Part shown: positions 59,211-64,000 of the stretch, in pieces
Layout of the letters: each line of letters begins with the position of its first letter
How positions within the stretch are numbered: the stretch's first letter is position 1
Origin: Monocercomonoides exilis PA203
Taxonomy: Eukaryota; Protista; Preaxostyla
Direction: 5' to 3'
DNA length: 64,000 nt
Assembly: GCA_001643675.2 (NCBI GenBank)
Contig: LSRY02000002.1
Coordinates: 558,001 to 622,000, forward strand
Notes under the pieces: model-generated
Told to the model about the DNA's origin: nothing
Database searches by the model: none
What the model saw: the letters and a program-made list of their open reading frames with translations, nothing else
Position numbers and translations under genes: made by a program

Positions 59211-62200
59211 GAGAGAGAGATAGAGAGAGAGAAAGAGATATATTATTATTAAAACTATTTCCATATAAAAAAGACAATTAAAACACACTTGTTTTGCATA
59301 TCCACATGTTTGTAACGTACTCATGCACCTTCCTTGCCACAAAGAAAGACGATACAATGTGTCCGTTCTGATATGGCGGCGGAGGCTGAGGAAGTGAAGA
59401 ATTGTTCTGAGACGAGTCAAAGGCTGCCTTCAGAGAGGCAAAGGGACCGTAATAAGAAGGAGCAGCGATGGAAGGGAAGCGGCTGTTAAGAACAGTCAGG
59501 CCGCATTGAACGAAAGGATTGGCAGATTCTGGGGATGAGGGGTTCATATGAGAGGGAGATAAAGACAAAGGCGAAGAAGAAGAAACTGAAGAAGAGGAAG
59601 AAATTGAAGAAGAAGAAGAATTAGAATTCATGTTGTTGTCTATGTTGCCCACAAGGCTGCGCAGTGTGCTCAGTTCAGAGGCAGTGAAGTCAGACAGCCC
59701 AAAGTCATCCTTATTTTCACTTGCATTTTTAACAGCTGCATAAGAAGAGAACGAAGAAGCAGAAGCAGAAGCAGAAGCAGAAGCAGAGGAAGAGGAAGAG
59801 GAAGAGGAAGAAGAACCTTTGTGAATATGGTCCAAAAAGTGCTTCTTTTCAGTTGGAGAAGATGAAGCATTAAAATCATTGCTCTTGCTATTTCTGGATG
59901 CAGAAGAAGAAGCAGAATTCGCAATAACCGCATCCTCACTAGCATCTTCTCTGAGCTCTGTCTCCAACAGCGAACGTGCTGCCTCCATTACATTTTCTGT
60001 TGAAAGCGCTGTGCCTTCCATCGACAGAGCCTCGTCAATCGTCCTCGACAGCAGCCGCTCTGAAGAAGGTGCTGCTTGCTTCTGTGAAGAAGAAGAAGAA
60101 GAAGAAGAAGAAGAAGAAGACTTTTGCCCTGCTGCATCTCTTGAAGGTCTTCTGTTTATTGGAGAAGAGCCACTCAGCAGTACATCACCTGCCTGAGCAG
60201 AAGCACTTCCATCAGAAGAACGAGCAGAAGGCGACAAGCCTGTCTTTGCTGCTTTCTCCTGTTTGTCATGTTTTTTCGGCTTGTGTATCACTCGAGCATT
60301 CGCACTTGTGGGCGACACAGAAGACGATGGCCTTCTCCTCACTGGCGAGAACTCAGCCCTGTGTGTGGGCGTGGAGGCGCCCTGGAACGGATAGTTTGGA
60401 GAATTGCTGGGCGTCAGGTGGAGAGGCGTTGAAGCACGTGAAGTGGAGTTGCGCTCTGCCCGCTCCTCCATCCCGCGCCTTTCCTCCTCGTCGCTCTGCG
60501 ACAGCTGCTCCTCCTTTGCATTCAGCGTCTCCTTCAGCTGCGCTGGCGTTACTCTCATTCTGCTTCCACTGCTACTGCTACTGCTCTCCCTCGCTTGCAG
60601 CTCCTTCAGCCGCTTCCGCTCCGATGGTCGGATGTAGTCCTTCTTCGGCTTCGGGGCAGAGCTGACAATCATCACATCATCATCCAAGTCAATCGTCTCT
60701 CCAACAACATCATCGTCTGCAAATGAGTATCCATACGCCGCCTCCACATCAATCGAACTGTCATCCACAAACCCGCCAAACGCGCCGAGCGGCCGCGGGT
60801 ACATGTAATCTGGCTCTGCATACGGCATCCCGCCCATCTGCGGGTACTGCGGCGCCATCCTCCCTCTCGTCTTGAATCCCTGGCTGCCTCTGCCAAAGCG
60901 ATCGAATTCTCCCATCTGTGCCATGTCTCTGCCGTTCTGTGGCAGCTGGAACCAGTTGGGCGGATATTCACTCTCAATGAAGGGCCTTCCCGGGTGGAAC
61001 GGTGCAGTCACAGGGTGCAGCGCAGTTGAGGCGCCTCTATCAGCACCTGCCAAACTGCCTCTGCGCACAGGGACATTCGGCGGAGAGGACATCAGCGGCG
61101 CAATCGACATCGGCGAAGGAGGGTGTGCTGCGTTTGCCACAGCCAGCGGAGGGAGGAGGTCGTTCCAGCTGCCGTAGCCGTCCTCAAACGTGCCGTCTGC
61201 CTCGAAGTCGTTGATGTAGTCCATCACCCGCTTCTCTGCAATTTCGCCCCGGCTTTGGCTCAGACTTAGGCTTATGCTTTGGCTCTGGCTCTGCCCTCTC
61301 TCGTCGTCACGCTGGTACGACTTCCGCCCGCTGGACGAGCTGCTGCGCCTATCCTGGCTAAACTCGTCTCTGATGTCTCCTCCTTTCCTTCGAGAAATCC
61401 TCCGCTCGCCAAACGGAGGAGAACGAGAACGCGAACGCGAACGAGAATGCGACCGCGATGGGGATGGAGTCCGCGATTTCTGTCTGTATCGCTCGCTGCC
61501 GTGCCGCTGGCTGTTGCTGCTGTCTTCAAAGCCCGTCAGACGGGCCCTGTTTCCCAACGGAATCATGTTCGGGTTGGAGCTCTTGCCAAACCCGCGCATG
61601 TTGCCTGTGAAACTGCTGCTGCTGCTGCTGTTGTTGTTGTAATTGTCTCTGCCATCGCGGTGTCTTCTTGGACTTCGTTGGCCGTCGCTTCCCCAACCAG
61701 AGGAAGAAGAAGATGACGATGACCAATCAGACGAATAGGAATCTCTCTTGCCTCTTCTGTCTGAGTACTCTCCATCTCTGCTGCTTCCACTGCTGCTGCT
61801 CTGCCCTTGCGCGCTGTTTCTATCATCAGCCTGCCAGCCAGACGAGTCAGAGTCACCCCATCCTTCACTCACAGGCACACTCGACGCTTCCCACGAGCCC
61901 CACGTCTTCCCTTTCCCTTGAAAGCGCTCTCTCTGTGAACCTCCCCCGTTTCTGTCAGAATGCCTGCCGCCTCTGCGATCGTCCCTGTTTGCGCCTCGGA
62001 AGCTCTCTCTCCTCTCTTCCTGCTTTTCTTGTCCAGACCCACCCCAGTCGCTTCCCCAGCCAGAGCCGTCTTGCTTCTCAGCGCTTTGGGGCAGTGCACT
62101 TGTTGGATCCGGCTCACCCCATCCATCGCTTGCGGACTCTGAGGAATCGCTCCATCCGCCCCATCCTTTGCTGCCTTTGGATCCAGATGCATCCTTTTTT

Positions 62201-64000
62201 GTGCGCTGCTCAGGCTTCTCGCTGGATTCTTCAGTACCCCAGCCATCGCTTTGGAACGAACTTGATGTTGAAGAAGTCGAAGAGGATGAAGGAGCAGAAG
62301 CAGCAGCAGCAGAAGAAGAAGAAGAAGATGTTTCATTCCCCCATCCATCTGATACTGCTTGAGGTTGATTGTCAGCCGGCTCTCCCCATCCACCTGAAGA
62401 AGACGAATCAGCTGCAGACTTCTCCTCTCCCCAGCCATCAGTGCCCCAGCTGCTTTTATGAGACTGATCTGACTTTGCCGATGACTTTGCTGTTTGTGGC
62501 GACGATGCAAAAGAACTCGAATTAGCTGCCGGGGCCGTAGCAGAAGTCGATTCACTGCCCCATCCGTCAGACACCCCCTGCTGTGCACCAGCTTCGTATC
62601 CACTTCCCCATCCGTCGCTACTTCCTTCGCCTTTCCCGTCTCCCTCCGCATCCCACGACGACCAACCAGCACTGCGTTTTGGCTTTCCGCCAGTTCTTCC
62701 TCCGAAGCTGTCGTTGTGCTGGCTGCGGCTCCAGTCATCGCGTGTGCTTCTTCTGTCCTCTCTCTCCTGCCACCCGCCATTCTCTCTGTCGCCATAACTC
62801 CCGCTGCTGCCAAAGCTGCCTCTTCCTCGAAACTCCCCGTCTCGCTCGCTGCTTCTCCTCGACGAATATCCAAAGTCTCTTGTTGCATCGTCCCTCCATC
62901 CACCGCCTCCTCCTCCACATCCACCTTCTCCTCCCCTTCCCCTTCCTCTTCCTCTTCCTCGCTGCCCTCTATCGAAGCTCCGCCCTCCTCCGTCGTAGGA
63001 GCGCTGAGACGAATATGAACGGTCCTCTCCATCAGGATAGCGCGAGCTGGACTGCCAAGATCTACTGCCTGAGCTTCGGCCTCCTCGAAATGACGAAGAC
63101 GATGATGACGACGATGATGAAGACTCATATGAGCTGTTGTTACACCTTCCATCTTGCTCTTGCCCCCAGTCAGAGGAACCAGAATCAGAAGAAGAAAAAG
63201 ATGATGATGATGACGAAGATGAGGAGGAGGACGAAGGAGAAGAGTCCCAAGCAGAATCAGTATTACTCGTAGAAAATGAGGAGGAAGAGGAAGATGATCC
63301 TGTCCCCCACCCTGAATCGCTTCCTTCTGCACTTCCCCAGCCATTGTCTTGCTTTGCTTGTGTGGAAGAAGCTCCAGCTGAACTTGATTCTCCCCAGCCA
63401 TCGCTCGCACTCGAAGACGTTGCTTCCCAAGGAGATGGCTCTGCATCACTTTTGCTCTTTTCGATGCTCGATTGCTGGTCTTTTGCTTGCCAACTGCTTT
63501 TGTGTTGATCTGTCATGGAGGACTCGCTTGAAGAACCAGATTGCCCCCAATCATCTGCATCTGATTCATTAGCACTCCAATTTCCCCAATCCGAATTTTT
63601 AGCATCGCTTCCTTTTTCTTTGCTTGCGTTGCTCTTGCTTGGGAGATTGTTTCTTGCTGAGTTTCGTATTTTCTCATCAGCTATCGATTTTCCTTTTGAA
63701 TCATCAACTATGCATTGTTCATTGTTCATATCTGAAGAAGATATGCCCACCTGCCAGCCACTGCTGCTCCAATTATCCTCAATTTGCTCTTCATCTCCAA
63801 TTATAGTCACTTTTTCATGTTGGTATTTTGACTGAGAAGAATGTTTTCTCTGATCTGCACTTCCTTCTTCGTTTTGTTTATCGTTACTAATTCTTATGTC
63901 ATCTGCTGAAGGCATCCCAAAGTTCTCACAGTGTCTTTCACTTTTTTGTTCACTTTCATTATTCTTTATTATTGAATCACAATTACTTCTTTTTATTGTA
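56855..64000 (-). CDS. Large GW/WG-repeat, RGG- and RS-rich protein with degenerate WD40-like C-terminus, 5' partial; introns 58974-59288 and 57787-57908
   Basis: The frame is open to the window edge and three ORFs join in frame through GT-AG introns. Many DGWG/SGWG motifs. WD-like blades HEYVTNMW..IISCG, IVVATHDRTVMLVD, VTCLAPHP..FFVGLSNGTI. Confidence 0.75.
59088..59240. repeat. Intronic (GA)n/(GAGATA)n microsatellite
   Basis: Directly visible; reads (CT)n on the sense strand of the host intron. Confidence 0.9.

Noticed and set aside
61869-63449. 526-aa alternative-frame ORF inside the GW protein
   Set aside because: No recognisable motifs; explained by GC-rich repetitive codon usage in the main frame.

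Overview
Gene-dense, AT-rich eukaryotic (protist) DNA with short spliceosomal introns and long poly-Ser/poly-Glu tracts in coding regions. The style suggests an oxymonad such as Monocercomonoides (inference, not verified). TAA, TAG and TGA all act as stops. Reconstructed by hand, it holds about 17 protein genes: importin-9 (3' truncated), a Pho80-type cyclin, an ARM-like protein interrupted by one in-frame TAA, a sirtuin-YEATS fusion, a RasGEF, a coiled-coil protein, a bacterial-looking membrane protein, an unknown ARM-like protein, RPL13a, delta-tubulin, MED7 (absent from the ORF track), PP2A B''gamma, a PHP phosphoesterase, a kelch membrane protein, a tail-anchored acidic protein, an ELAV-like RRM protein and a large GW/WG-repeat protein (5' truncated). 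There is one tRNA-Leu(CAG). Two intergenic clusters of MITE/foldback elements lie at about 8.9-10.4 kb and 42.6-44.0 kb. Most notable: (1) a 56-nt AT-AC intron in importin-9 without the U12 consensus; (2) a CAA-TAA-CAG-CTC leaky-stop-like context inside a continuous reading frame; (3) an apparently catalytically dead sirtuin fused to a YEATS domain; (4) an Argonaute-hook-like GW protein; (5) three different palindromic elements stacked end to end near the tRNA gene.
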